Notes: generated by a model not told the origin, from the sequence alone. A stretch of DNA of 57,759 nucleotides from Candidatus Binatia bacterium (GCA_041494945.1 JBGQBP010000001.1:1-57759), one strand, 5' to 3'; positions 38,383-46,796 are shown, counted from the first letter of the stretch. Program-made: numbers and translations.

Positions 38383-38472
38383 TGCAAAATGCAAAGTGCA
38401 AATTGAAAAATGCAAAATGAAGGAGAGATCCGAGCGGTTTTGCAATTTGCATTTTGCAATTTTCATTTTGAA
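38383..38472. repeat. imperfect 90-nt palindrome built from heptamers (TGCAAAA-type arm, 13-nt spacer, TTTTGCA-type arm) filling the hemA-hemC spacer
   Basis: Arm 1 at 38383-38424 is TGCAAAA TGCAAAG TGCAAAT TGAAAAA TGCAAAA TGAAGGA. Arm 2 at 38438-38472 is TTTTGCA ATTTGCA TTTTGCA ATTTTCA TTTTGAA. Confidence 0.85.
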
Positions 38473-39750
38473 CTACTTATTTGTGAGGCCAAACAGTTTC
38501 CGCAGCGCCTCGACGTAGAGAGATTCCTCTCCGTCTTCCGTTCTTTTCATCCGCGAGATCGGCGCGTGAAGAATTTTGCCGATGATCGCCGAGGTCATGT
38601 CTTCGATCGCCTGCCGCTCTTTTTCCGAAAGACCCTTGAGGCTCGTGCGCAGAGATTTCTCCAACTCGCTGCGCCGGATCTCCTCCAGCCTCTGGCGCAA
38701 GGCGACGATGGTCGGCACCTGATCCAGGGAATCCAACCAGCGCAAAAAACCCGCCACCTCTTCCTCCACTATTTCGTCGGCCTTGCGCACCTCGCCGGCG
38801 CGGCCGTTAAGGTTTTCACTCGCGACCGCCTGAAGGTCGTCGATGTCGTAGAGGTAGACGTTGGCGATCTGGTTGATGGCCGGGTCGAAATTGCGCCGGT
38901 CGCCGAGATCGATGAAGAACATGGCCTTCTGCTTTCTCTCCCTCAGCGTCTCCTCCACGGCATCGGGCTTGAGCAGAAATTCAGGCGCGCCGGCGCAGCC
39001 GATCACGAGATCGGCGAGCTTGAGATAGCGCGGGAGATCTTCGAAGTGAATCGGGTTGCCGCGGAATTCCGCCGCGACCTCCACTGCCCGCTCGAAAGTG
39101 CGGTTGGTCACCATCAAACTGCTCACGCCGTTTCCCTGCAAATGGCGGCAGACCGAATCGCCCATCTTTCCCGCGCCGATCAACATGACCGTCTTGTCTT
39201 CCAGACGATCGAAAATACGCTTCGCCAGCTCCACCGCCACGGAGCTTACCGAGACCACGCGGCTGGCGATGCCGGTTTCCGTCCGTACCCGCTTCGCCAC
39301 CGAAAACGAGCGGTGAAAAAGCCGGTGCAGGACCATCCCGACGCTGCCGGCCTCTTTAGCGGCGATGTAATAATCTTTGAGCTGGCCCAGAATCTGCGGC
39401 TCGCCCACGACCATGGAATCCAGACTGGACGCGACGCGAAACAGATGGCGCACCGCCTCGCCGCCGCCGTACGCGTAGAGATGATCTTCCAGGTTGCTTT
39501 GGCCGGCGGCGGCTTCCCGCTCCAACAAAAACTTCTTGATCTCCCGAAACGCCGCTTCCCTGTCGAACGTCGCCGCGACCACTTCCACCCGATTGCAGGT
39601 GGAGAGCACCGCTCCCTCGTGCACCGACCCCAAGGCGCGGAGACATCGGAGCGTCTCGCCCAAAAGGGACTGATCGAATGCGATTCGCTCGCGCATCTCC
39701 ACGGGAGCGGTGCGGTGATTAAGTCCGACGATGACAATCTCTTTGTTCAC
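38473..39750 (-). CDS. hemA: glutamyl-tRNA reductase
   Basis: IVIVGLNHRTAPVEMRERIAF, STCNRVEV, LIGAGKMG. Confidence 0.92.
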   Translation of the reverse strand: MNKEIVIVGLNHRTAPVEMRERIAFDQSLLGETLRCLRALGSVHEGAVLSTCNRVEVVAATFDREAAFREIKKFLLEREAAAGQSNLEDHLYAYGGGEAVRHLFRVASSLDSMVVGEPQILGQLKDYYIAAKEAGSVGMVLHRLFHRSFSVAKRVRTETGIASRVVSVSSVAVELAKRIFDRLEDKTVMLIGAGKMGDSVCRHLQGNGVSSLMVTNRTFERAVEVAAEFRGNPIHFEDLPRYLKLADLVIGCAGAPEFLLKPDAVEETLRERKQKAMFFIDLGDRRNFDPAINQIANVYLYDIDDLQAVASENLNGRAGEVRKADEIVEEEVAGFLRWLDSLDQVPTIVALRQRLEEIRRSELEKSLRTSLKGLSEKERQAIEDMTSAIIGKILHAPISRMKRTEDGEESLYVEALRKLFGLTNK

Positions 39751-39753
39751 GTA

Positions 39754-40575
39754 TTACTCGAAGCTGCCCATGTGCCTGCCGGGAAACAGCGCGTCGCCCC
39801 AGAGAAAATAGCCGAACCAAACGACAAATCCAAAAATCGTCAACAACGCCGCCCTTCGACCGCGCCAGCCCGCGGTGATTCGTCCTTGAAGCAGCGAGCC
39901 GTAAACCAGCCATGTGATCGTGGAGGAGATCTGGCGCGGGTCCCACGACCAGTAATTCCCCCAGTAGACGCCGGCCCATAGGCTGCCGGTAAGAATTCCC
40001 AGCGTCATCAAGGGAAATCCCCAAACGAGGAATATGTAGTTCAGCCGGTCCAGCCGTTCCAGCGAAGGGAGCGGCTTATGGAGCGCCGTCGTCCTCTTGC
40101 TCTTAAGCCGCGATTCCTGGACGAGGTACATCACGCTCACGGCAAAAGCCAGGGCGAATACCGCGTTGCCGAGAAACGCAAGCGTGACGTGAACCGGCAG
40201 CCAGTAGGTTTTAAGTCCGGGCGGAAGCTCTCCGCCCCCGGCCCCGAATGCGATTCCGGCGAGCGACATGAGCAACGCCAAAGGCGCCACGAAACAACCG
40301 AGGATCGTCAAGCGATATTTGAGCTGGACCAATAAATAGACTCCGACGATGACCCAACTGTAAACGGCAAACGCCTCGTGCAACTCCGTAACAGGAGGAA
40401 AACCTTTTTGTGAGATCTGTATGCCCAACGCGGCCGTGTGCAATAAAAATCCGGCGAGCAGAATCAGCGGGGAAGCCCGCGAGAAAAGATCCTTGAGGAG
40501 CACGACATAAAGGATGAACGTGCCCGTGGCGATCAGATACAACAGCGCCGTCGCCTTGAGGAGAACGATATCCAT
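39754..40575 (-). CDS. ccsA: CcsA/HemX-like cytochrome c assembly protein
   Basis: 273 aa, polytopic. W-rich motif WAGVYWGNYWSWDPRQ. Located directly upstream of hemA. Confidence 0.75.
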   Translation of the reverse strand: MDIVLLKATALLYLIATGTFILYVVLLKDLFSRASPLILLAGFLLHTAALGIQISQKGFPPVTELHEAFAVYSWVIVGVYLLVQLKYRLTILGCFVAPLALLMSLAGIAFGAGGGELPPGLKTYWLPVHVTLAFLGNAVFALAFAVSVMYLVQESRLKSKRTTALHKPLPSLERLDRLNYIFLVWGFPLMTLGILTGSLWAGVYWGNYWSWDPRQISSTITWLVYGSLLQGRITAGWRGRRAALLTIFGFVVWFGYFLWGDALFPGRHMGSFE

Positions 40576-40594
40576 AAGAGTAGGGTATTATACC

Positions 40595-40905
40595 CTAAGC
40601 CCAGGTGGGCTCAAACTCTTTGTCGGTGCAGGAGAAAGTGGCGATTTCCCGGAATTGTTCTAGAGCGGCTTCGAGGTCGTTGACGATCTCCTGGGCGAGA
40701 ACGTCGGGATCGGGAAGATTGTCGGAGACTTCGAGGCTCTCGTCTCTAAGCCAGAAGATGTCGAGACTGACTTTGTCGCAGTTGATTAGCGACTCGCAAT
40801 TTAGAAGCCTCGAAAAGGTTCGCGTCTCCTTTTCTAATCCTTGAATTGATCGACGCTTCAGTGAAGCCTTGGTAAATAGGATTGTAGGAGAATTCAATCC
40901 AATTA
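40595..40905 (-). pseudogene. remnant A of a type I R-M methylase (hsdM) 3' end, interrupted by a 59-bp insert at 40811-40869
   Basis: Encodes ...LINCDKVSLDIFWLRDESLEVSDNLPDPDVLAQEIVNDLEAALEQFREIA, which matches my recollection of HsdM C-termini. No methylase body lies upstream. Positions 40685-40756 are 72/72 identical to 45145-45216. Confidence 0.65.
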
Positions 40906-41056
40906 AAGGGTTAACACCTGATCTCAGCCGCCGGCTTTAGCCGATCGGCTGAAGCATCTGGTTACCGGCATGGAAGTATTTTTATCGAAGCCAACTCAAC
41001 CTAGGATCTAGAAAGACGCTATGGAAAGATTTCTACAGAACAGGTCCCAAAAATAA

Positions 41057-41467
41057 TCAGTGGCCGTCTTTCTTAAACTGCAGTATCACTTCCCCGGGGA
41101 ACTCCTGCAGCAGCTTCTTAATCGCAGCCCCCAACTCCCTGTGCGTAAACGGTTTGGCGATATAACCTTGACATCCGCTTCCTAAACATTTTTCCCTGTC
41201 TCCCGGCAAGGCGTTTACGGTAGCTGCCAATATAGGGATGCCTTTAGTCTTTGGATCATTCCGTATCAGAGAGGCCGCTTGGAGTCCGTTCATTTTAGGC
41301 AGGCGGATATCCATGACAATCAGGTCAGGAAGTTCAGAGATAGCCATCTCTACGGCCTCCACGCCATTTTTCGCCACTGTGACCTCGTAACCAAGAGACT
41401 CCAGCTCCAGCTGCATCACATCAATTGTGTCTGGATTGTCCTCCACTAAAAGAATCCGTTCGTGCAT
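41057..41467 (-). CDS. stand-alone receiver (CheY-like) response regulator
   Basis: ATG at 41467. ILLVEDNPD...DLIVMDIRLPKMNG...KP; no output domain. Confidence 0.85.
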   Translation of the reverse strand: MHERILLVEDNPDTIDVMQLELESLGYEVTVAKNGVEAVEMAISELPDLIVMDIRLPKMNGLQAASLIRNDPKTKGIPILAATVNALPGDREKCLGSGCQGYIAKPFTHRELGAAIKKLLQEFPGEVILQFKKDGH

Positions 41468-41526
41468 GAACACCTCTAAATAAAATCCCACGTACAAGTT
41501 TGGAAACAAGCAGCAGTGCCCGATGG

Positions 41527-44406
41527 CTAGCCCGTTGCGCGTCTTACCTCAGTAACTCCCCGCTCAACTTCTTCAACGGTCTCCACTGGCAGGCGAACGG
41601 TGAAAGCAGACCCCTTGCCGGGTTCGCTTTCCACCTCAACTGTCCCTCCCAGTACGTCGGTAAACTTCTTAACAATATAAAGCCCCATACCCACCCCACC
41701 GTAGCGTCTTGTCTCCGAGCTATCTACTTGACGAAACCGCTCAAAGATCAACGGCAGTGCTTCTTCTGGAATGCCTACTCCCGTGTCTGCAACTTTGAAC
41801 TCTAGGACTCCTGCTCCTGAAAGATACTTGACTGTTACAGCAACATGACCCTCAGCGGTAAATTTTATGGCATTATTAATAAGATTCTGAAGGATATGTC
41901 TGAGCTTCTCCCTGTCGATTTTCACAACCGGCAAGTCGCGGGAATAGTCCCAAATGAGGCGAACCTTTTCATTCAAGGGGATCTCGGAATCCGATCTGAG
42001 ATCGTCTAGGAACTCACGGAGATTAACCTCAGAACTCTCTACCTTCACCGCCTTAGCCTCGATGCTGGTCGTCTCCAATATCTCGTTGATCATCTTCAAT
42101 AGGTTCTCCGAGCGGCTTATCACTTTGCTCAAAGCCTCCACCTGCTTCTGGTTAATCTCCCCTAACATTCCATCCTTGATCATACCCGTATAGCCCATGA
42201 TCACGTTCAGCGGTGTTCTGAGCTCGTGCGACATGACGCTTAAAAATTCATCTTTCACCTTGTTTGCCTTCTCTAGAGCATCCCTAGAGGCTTTGAGACT
42301 ATCGAAGAGATCCCGGTTCTCTAACGCTATACCCATCTGGCGCACGATGGCCATCAGATGCTCTTCTTGACTCTCGTCGAAGTGACCCACCTCACGGCTG
42401 GCCAGGTGAATAATTCCCCGAATCTCGTTGCGTACTTTCAAGGGAAGAAACGCGCAGGAGCGAAGACCCGCTTTAAGCTGGACCTTCCCTGTCAAGCGAG
42501 GGTCGGATGCGATATCGGCTGCGATGATGGGTTCGTCCGTCTCAAACACCTGAGCTACCGCGCTGCTGGCGTCCGTCATAGCCGTCGTGCCCAGGTAGAA
42601 ATCCGGAAAGCCCCGCTGAGTGGCTAGGATGAAATTCCCTGTGGAATTGTCGCGCAGACGGATCAAAGCCGCGTCGGCCCCGGTTGCCGCTCTAAGCCTT
42701 TCAATGATTCCGTCCATAATCCCATTGATGGATTCTGCTGGACCTAAGGGAGTGAGCGCCGTATAAAGACCGGAGAGTTCTTTCAACGACCTTTCGAGGC
42801 GTTGGTTCACCGCTTCTAGTTTTTCCTTAGCAGCTCTAATTTCCTCGTAGAACTGAGAATTGTAGATCGCTATAGCTGCTTGGCCTGCCAGGCTGGTGAG
42901 AAATTCGATTTCTTCGTTGGTAAATTCATGCTCCTCTTTTGTAAAGAAGCTGAGAACTCCCAGAACCTCGCCCTTAGCGGTCAAGGGAACCCTCAGCAAG
43001 GAAACCAATCCATATTTACGGACAAACTTAGAAGATAGTGACCGTGGATCTGTTTGAACATTCCGGATTACCAGAGGAACGTTGTTTTCCGGCAACATTC
43101 TGGTAATCCCACCTCTGGATCTCGCGGTCATTTCTTTCCATTCCTTTTCATCGACATTCCTACAGGCAAAGGATTCCAACTCGCCGGTTTCTCTGTTTAA
43201 CAATCTGACCGTGGTAACGGCATACGGGAGAAAACGGTCAATCTTATCAAGCAGGACATCCAAGACGGTGCGGAGATCCAGAGTTGAGGCAATGGCCACA
43301 TCGATCTCGTGCAGAGCTTTCAGCTGCTGGTGGCGCCTTTCAAGCGACTCGGCCATTGCATCAAAAGAGCGGGCCAATTGTCCGAGTTCTCCCTTATCGT
43401 AAGATCCTCCAGCGCGCGCACCGAGGTCACCTGCAGAAAGTCTTTTTGTCGCATTGACTAAAACATTGATCCGCCGAAGCACGAATATATCGCTGCCAGT
43501 CCATGCAAAAGCCAGCATGAGGACAACAACGAGTCCAAGTCCTGCAAGGTTCACGGCAACTATCCGGTCGACGTCCGCAAACGCCTGTTTTTTAGGTATA
43601 CCTGCCCAGACATATACCGTCCCGCTCTTAGGCATGCCGCGGAGCGAAGTAAACGCATAGAGACATGGGACTCCATCTAACCCAGCCGCCTCAGTTGTGC
43701 CTTCGCGTCCAGCCAAGACGGTCTTAACAATAGAGGCCTCAGGCGCACTCTTTCCGGTTAAATTCTCCGGATCGGGATCGCGAGCTAAGATCACACCCTT
43801 ACGGTCGATCACAGTGACACTCGATCCCTCGGGTAACCGCGCTTCAGCTACGATTCGATGGAACCACGACAAATTCAGCCCAATAACCAGAACCGCGCGC
43901 ACATGACCTCTTGCATCAAGAGAAGGATAGGAAAGCGTGATAATGGGCTTCTTGCTGAAGCGGCCGATTATAAACTCGCTTACTGTGAAGTCTCGCATTT
44001 TAAGGACTTGTTGAAAATATGGCCGGTCTGAAAAGTTAACAGGTTGAGCGCCGGGAGTACCGCTGCAGAATACATCGCCGTTCGGTTTCGCCGCTGCAAT
44101 CGTCGTAAATACCTTAAACTTCCCTATGAGGTCGGAGAAGAGATTGCTACAGCCGTTGCTATCGTATTTGAGAACTTGAGGAAGCTTTGCCAGAGCCACC
44201 AGGAGCTGATGCCCTGACTCAATTAGTCGTTCATGTTCGGCTGAGAGCGCTCGAATCAGTTTTAGCGAGTCCTCTTGTGCGTCGTGGGCAGCCTGCTCCC
44301 GTTGTTTTGATGCCGTGTAATGGATCAGCCCTAATGCCGGGACAACGGAAACGAGAACGAGAAGCAACAAACGGACACGAAGACTTGAAAAGGAAAATCG
44401 CGTCAT
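41527..44406 (-). CDS. sensor histidine kinase (Cache-like periplasmic domain, HAMP, multiple GAF, HisKA, HATPase_c)
   Basis: H-box SVMSHELRTPLN, N-box NLINNAIKFT, G-boxes DTGVGI and GGVGMGLYI. The HAMP region has a LSAGDL-type motif. Start taken at the ATG at 44406 (the track gives 44451). Confidence 0.9.
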   Translation of the reverse strand: MTRFSFSSLRVRLLLLVLVSVVPALGLIHYTASKQREQAAHDAQEDSLKLIRALSAEHERLIESGHQLLVALAKLPQVLKYDSNGCSNLFSDLIGKFKVFTTIAAAKPNGDVFCSGTPGAQPVNFSDRPYFQQVLKMRDFTVSEFIIGRFSKKPIITLSYPSLDARGHVRAVLVIGLNLSWFHRIVAEARLPEGSSVTVIDRKGVILARDPDPENLTGKSAPEASIVKTVLAGREGTTEAAGLDGVPCLYAFTSLRGMPKSGTVYVWAGIPKKQAFADVDRIVAVNLAGLGLVVVLMLAFAWTGSDIFVLRRINVLVNATKRLSAGDLGARAGGSYDKGELGQLARSFDAMAESLERRHQQLKALHEIDVAIASTLDLRTVLDVLLDKIDRFLPYAVTTVRLLNRETGELESFACRNVDEKEWKEMTARSRGGITRMLPENNVPLVIRNVQTDPRSLSSKFVRKYGLVSLLRVPLTAKGEVLGVLSFFTKEEHEFTNEEIEFLTSLAGQAAIAIYNSQFYEEIRAAKEKLEAVNQRLERSLKELSGLYTALTPLGPAESINGIMDGIIERLRAATGADAALIRLRDNSTGNFILATQRGFPDFYLGTTAMTDASSAVAQVFETDEPIIAADIASDPRLTGKVQLKAGLRSCAFLPLKVRNEIRGIIHLASREVGHFDESQEEHLMAIVRQMGIALENRDLFDSLKASRDALEKANKVKDEFLSVMSHELRTPLNVIMGYTGMIKDGMLGEINQKQVEALSKVISRSENLLKMINEILETTSIEAKAVKVESSEVNLREFLDDLRSDSEIPLNEKVRLIWDYSRDLPVVKIDREKLRHILQNLINNAIKFTAEGHVAVTVKYLSGAGVLEFKVADTGVGIPEEALPLIFERFRQVDSSETRRYGGVGMGLYIVKKFTDVLGGTVEVESEPGKGSAFTVRLPVETVEEVERGVTEVRRATG

Positions 44407-44416
44407 CGAACTTGCC

Positions 44417-44617
44417 TTAAGCCTTGAAAAGGAAATCCTCTTTGGCCTCAATCCATTTTTTAAATTGACTTTCTCGAATGCGCCACTGGCCTCCGACTTT
44501 TATTGCCGGCACTTTCTTCTGATGAATCATTCTAAAAACGGTTCGCTTGGAAATCTGAAGCATCCGTGCCGCTTCTTTGAGGGTTAGAAACTCAAGCTCG
44601 GAAGAAACGCTAGACAT
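44417..44617 (-). CDS. excisionase-family (HTH_17/MerR-like) small DNA-binding protein
   Basis: LTLKEAARMLQISKRTVFRMIHQKKVPAIKVGGQWRIRESQFKKWI is the canonical HTH_17 pattern. Confidence 0.75.
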   Translation of the reverse strand: MSSVSSELEFLTLKEAARMLQISKRTVFRMIHQKKVPAIKVGGQWRIRESQFKKWIEAKEDFLFKA

Positions 44618-45090
44618 AAAGACAATTCCCCGGCGATATCTAGCAGCAAACAGCATACCGGAGACGACAAAAAGCGTATAACCTGTTGTTTCTATTTAAG
44701 ATTGTGAACCAGAGCAAGAAACAGCTCGTCCCTGGGGAGTGACAAAACTTGCCAAGCGTTCACAAAAAGGGGAACTTTTGGTTACCTTGGGATATCCTTT
44801 GGTTTCTTTGACAAGACGAGGATCAATTTGACCAAAATTAAGGTCTGTATGCGTTGCGTAGAAAAATAGAAGAGTCAAAGGTCGTTGAGCGATACCTTCG
44901 TCTGTTTGAAGAAATTACCTGGTTTATGGTGCTGCCTCGCAAGCATCGTGCAGAACGTGAAACCAAAACGCTAAGTCTCCCGGAACACGATGCCAACCAG
45001 GAATGAATGAAAACGGCTAACCAACGTAGGAAAGGTTTATCGCCGTCTAAGATCGGATTGAACGACGCTTCAGTGCAATCAACTCGGTAT

Positions 45091-45308
45091 CTAGATCCGC
45101 GAGGATTGGTGGAATTGTTCCAGAGCGGCTTCGAGGTCTTCGAAGATCTCCTGGGCGAGAACGTCGGGATCGGGAAGATTGTCGGAGACTTCGAGGCTCT
45201 CGTCTCTAAGCCAGAAAATATCGAGGCTGGCCTTGTCGCGGTTGATGAGCGATTTGTAATTTAGAAGCCTTGGGGAAATAGGATTGTAGGAGAATTCAAT
45301 TCAATCCT
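45091..45308 (-). pseudogene. remnant B of the hsdM 3' end
   Basis: Encodes RLLNYKSLINRDKASLDIFWLRDESLEVSDNLPDPDVLAQEIFEDLEAALEQFHQSSRI-stop. An in-frame TGA lies just upstream and there is no gene body. Confidence 0.65.
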
Positions 45309-45370
45309 GACATCGCCGCGTGGTTACTTGATTACCCTGTCCGCCCTTGCCGACTTAGCCAATTGCGGGC

Positions 45371-45411
45371 AAAAAAAAACCGGGGCGAACGCGCTTCGGC
45401 GTCCGCCCCGG
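45371..45411 (-). terminator. rho-independent terminator of the secreted-protein gene
   Basis: Minus strand: CCGGGGCGGACGC-CGAA-GCGCGTTCGCCCCGG followed by a T9 run. Confidence 0.8.
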
Positions 45412-45429
45412 CATACGAAACGACGGCAG

Positions 45430-46017
45430 TTAATCGCCGAAACTTACCACGAAGATTCCGGTTAACAGCGGTGTTAACGTATCAGGATGTAGAAAAACAT
45501 TGACCGTATCCCCTGCCGCCACGACGGGAAACGCGGGTGTGACGAGGTCAGGCAGCGTGCAGCCGCCGACTTTTGCGGTCAGTGTCGCAGGGGTCGGCGG
45601 GGACTTTTCGCCGACATTGACGCCGTACTCGCCATCCACTCCCGCCGGCACCAGCGGATTGGATTGATATTCGAACTCGAACTCTTTAATCACCAGCGAG
45701 CAAACGGCGTAATCACTGCCACCGCGAGCCAGGTGCATGTCATACACGTCGTCCTGAGCTGTAACCAAATCCGTCAAAATTGGACATTCCACCTCGCCCG
45801 TGAATGTTTCCGCCGCGGCTAAGGTGATGTTGTTGACCTTCTTCGTATACTTGGCCCCACCCTCACATTCGCCGGGTGCGCCCAAAGGCGGAGCGAGCTT
45901 CGCCTTGAAATGGGTTACCGTGAAGCTGCTTTGACCCTTGGCAAAACTCACCGCGGTGAGCGCCACCTGCGAAGCGAACATTACCGCTAAAAACACCGTC
46001 ATTGCCTTACCTGTCAT
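45430..46017 (-). CDS. secreted hypothetical protein
   Basis: The ATG at 46017 follows AGGAGG. Signal peptide MTGKAMTVFLAVMFASQVALTAVSFA. Four Cys residues. No family recognised. Confidence 0.6.
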   Translation of the reverse strand: MTGKAMTVFLAVMFASQVALTAVSFAKGQSSFTVTHFKAKLAPPLGAPGECEGGAKYTKKVNNITLAAAETFTGEVECPILTDLVTAQDDVYDMHLARGGSDYAVCSLVIKEFEFEYQSNPLVPAGVDGEYGVNVGEKSPPTPATLTAKVGGCTLPDLVTPAFPVVAAGDTVNVFLHPDTLTPLLTGIFVVSFGD

Positions 46018-46332
46018 ATCTTTTCCTCCTTGTCCCTTTTTCAGGGTTATTTTTTGATGAAACCTGTCAAAGCAATTCACGTACCACTACAACTGAGCAT
46101 GGATAACCTTGGTATCCGAGCGAAAACGGGTAGACACGTGGTGCCATGTTTTCCCGGCGACATCGACGCACTTGGGTCGAAAAAGCGCAGAGGCCGTCTC
46201 GCACCTGTACAATAAACGTTACTTCTACAAAGAACGTTACTTCGACCGATAGCATCCGACCTTCCTGACCGAAACAGCGACCAGGGAGCGCGCAGACTCC
46301 TACACATGTCCGAAGGGTTATTCAGACATAAG

Positions 46333-46427
46333 AAAGGTTCGCGTCTCCTTTTCTACTCCCTGAATTGATTCGACGCTTCAGTGAAGCCTTGGAAAATAGG
46401 ATTGTAGGAGAATTCAGTTCAATCCTG
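46333..46427. repeat. copy C of the cassette-junction module, about 90% identical to 40814-40905
   Basis: aaaggttcgcgtctccttttcta..tgaattgat.cgacgcttcagtgaagccttgg.aaataggattgtaggagaattca... is shared with copy A. Confidence 0.85.
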
Positions 46428-46584
46428 CGATTGAGCGTCGTAACCACCAGCGGAGAGCGCCCGGCCACTTGATCGCCTCATCCGCGCGATATAGAAGGGA
46501 CGGTGGGTGGCTAACCCTTAGCCGTACGGAACTCCCATCCGCAAACAAACCGCCGGTTTATCCTGGCGCATAAGGAGAATAAGC

Positions 46585-46692
46585 ATGAAGCAGGACGCTC
46601 GAAAAGATTTGTGGAGGCGCAAGAGAAAAAAGAAGCGCCTTGCTATGAAGAAGTACGTAGCGAAGAAGAAATCAAAGGGTGTGGTAGCGTGA
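46585..46692 (+). CDS. candidate small ORF encoding a 35-aa highly basic peptide
   Basis: TAAGGAGAA lies 5 nt upstream of the ATG. Peptide MKQDARKDLWRRKRKKKRLAMKKYVAKKKSKGVVA. It falls below the ORF-track length cut-off. Confidence 0.3.
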   Translation: MKQDARKDLWRRKRKKKRLAMKKYVAKKKSKGVVA

Positions 46693-46796
46693 AAATCCCA
46701 GGATTGAGTCGAAATTAGTTTTTTTCATCGCCTGCTCTTTTCCACCAGTCACGCATCCGTTCCAGGGCCGTGTGAATATCGCGAGCCGGGAGGTCG

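Noticed and set aside
38410-39981. 523-aa plus-strand ORF
   Set aside because: It runs antisense across the whole of hemA, which has canonical motifs. Its composition is R/A/H-rich and it has no recognisable domain.
40595-40897. 100-aa ORF (TTG start) that could be read as an intact small gene
   Set aside because: Only its C-terminal half resembles anything (an HsdM tail). The N-terminal half is created by the 59-bp insert, which shifts the frame. It is called a pseudogene remnant instead.
40933-40965. Hairpin TCAGCCG-N15-CGGCTGA downstream of the REC gene as a terminator
   Set aside because: The stem is only 7 bp with a large loop and has no convincing U-tract on the minus strand. The evidence is too weak to call a terminator.
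45007-45264. 85-aa plus-strand ORF. Likewise 47849..48109 (minus) and 47625..48080 (plus)
   Set aside because: These are read through hsdM remnants B and D in the wrong strand or frame, and partly through the MITE-like insert. They are not independent genes.
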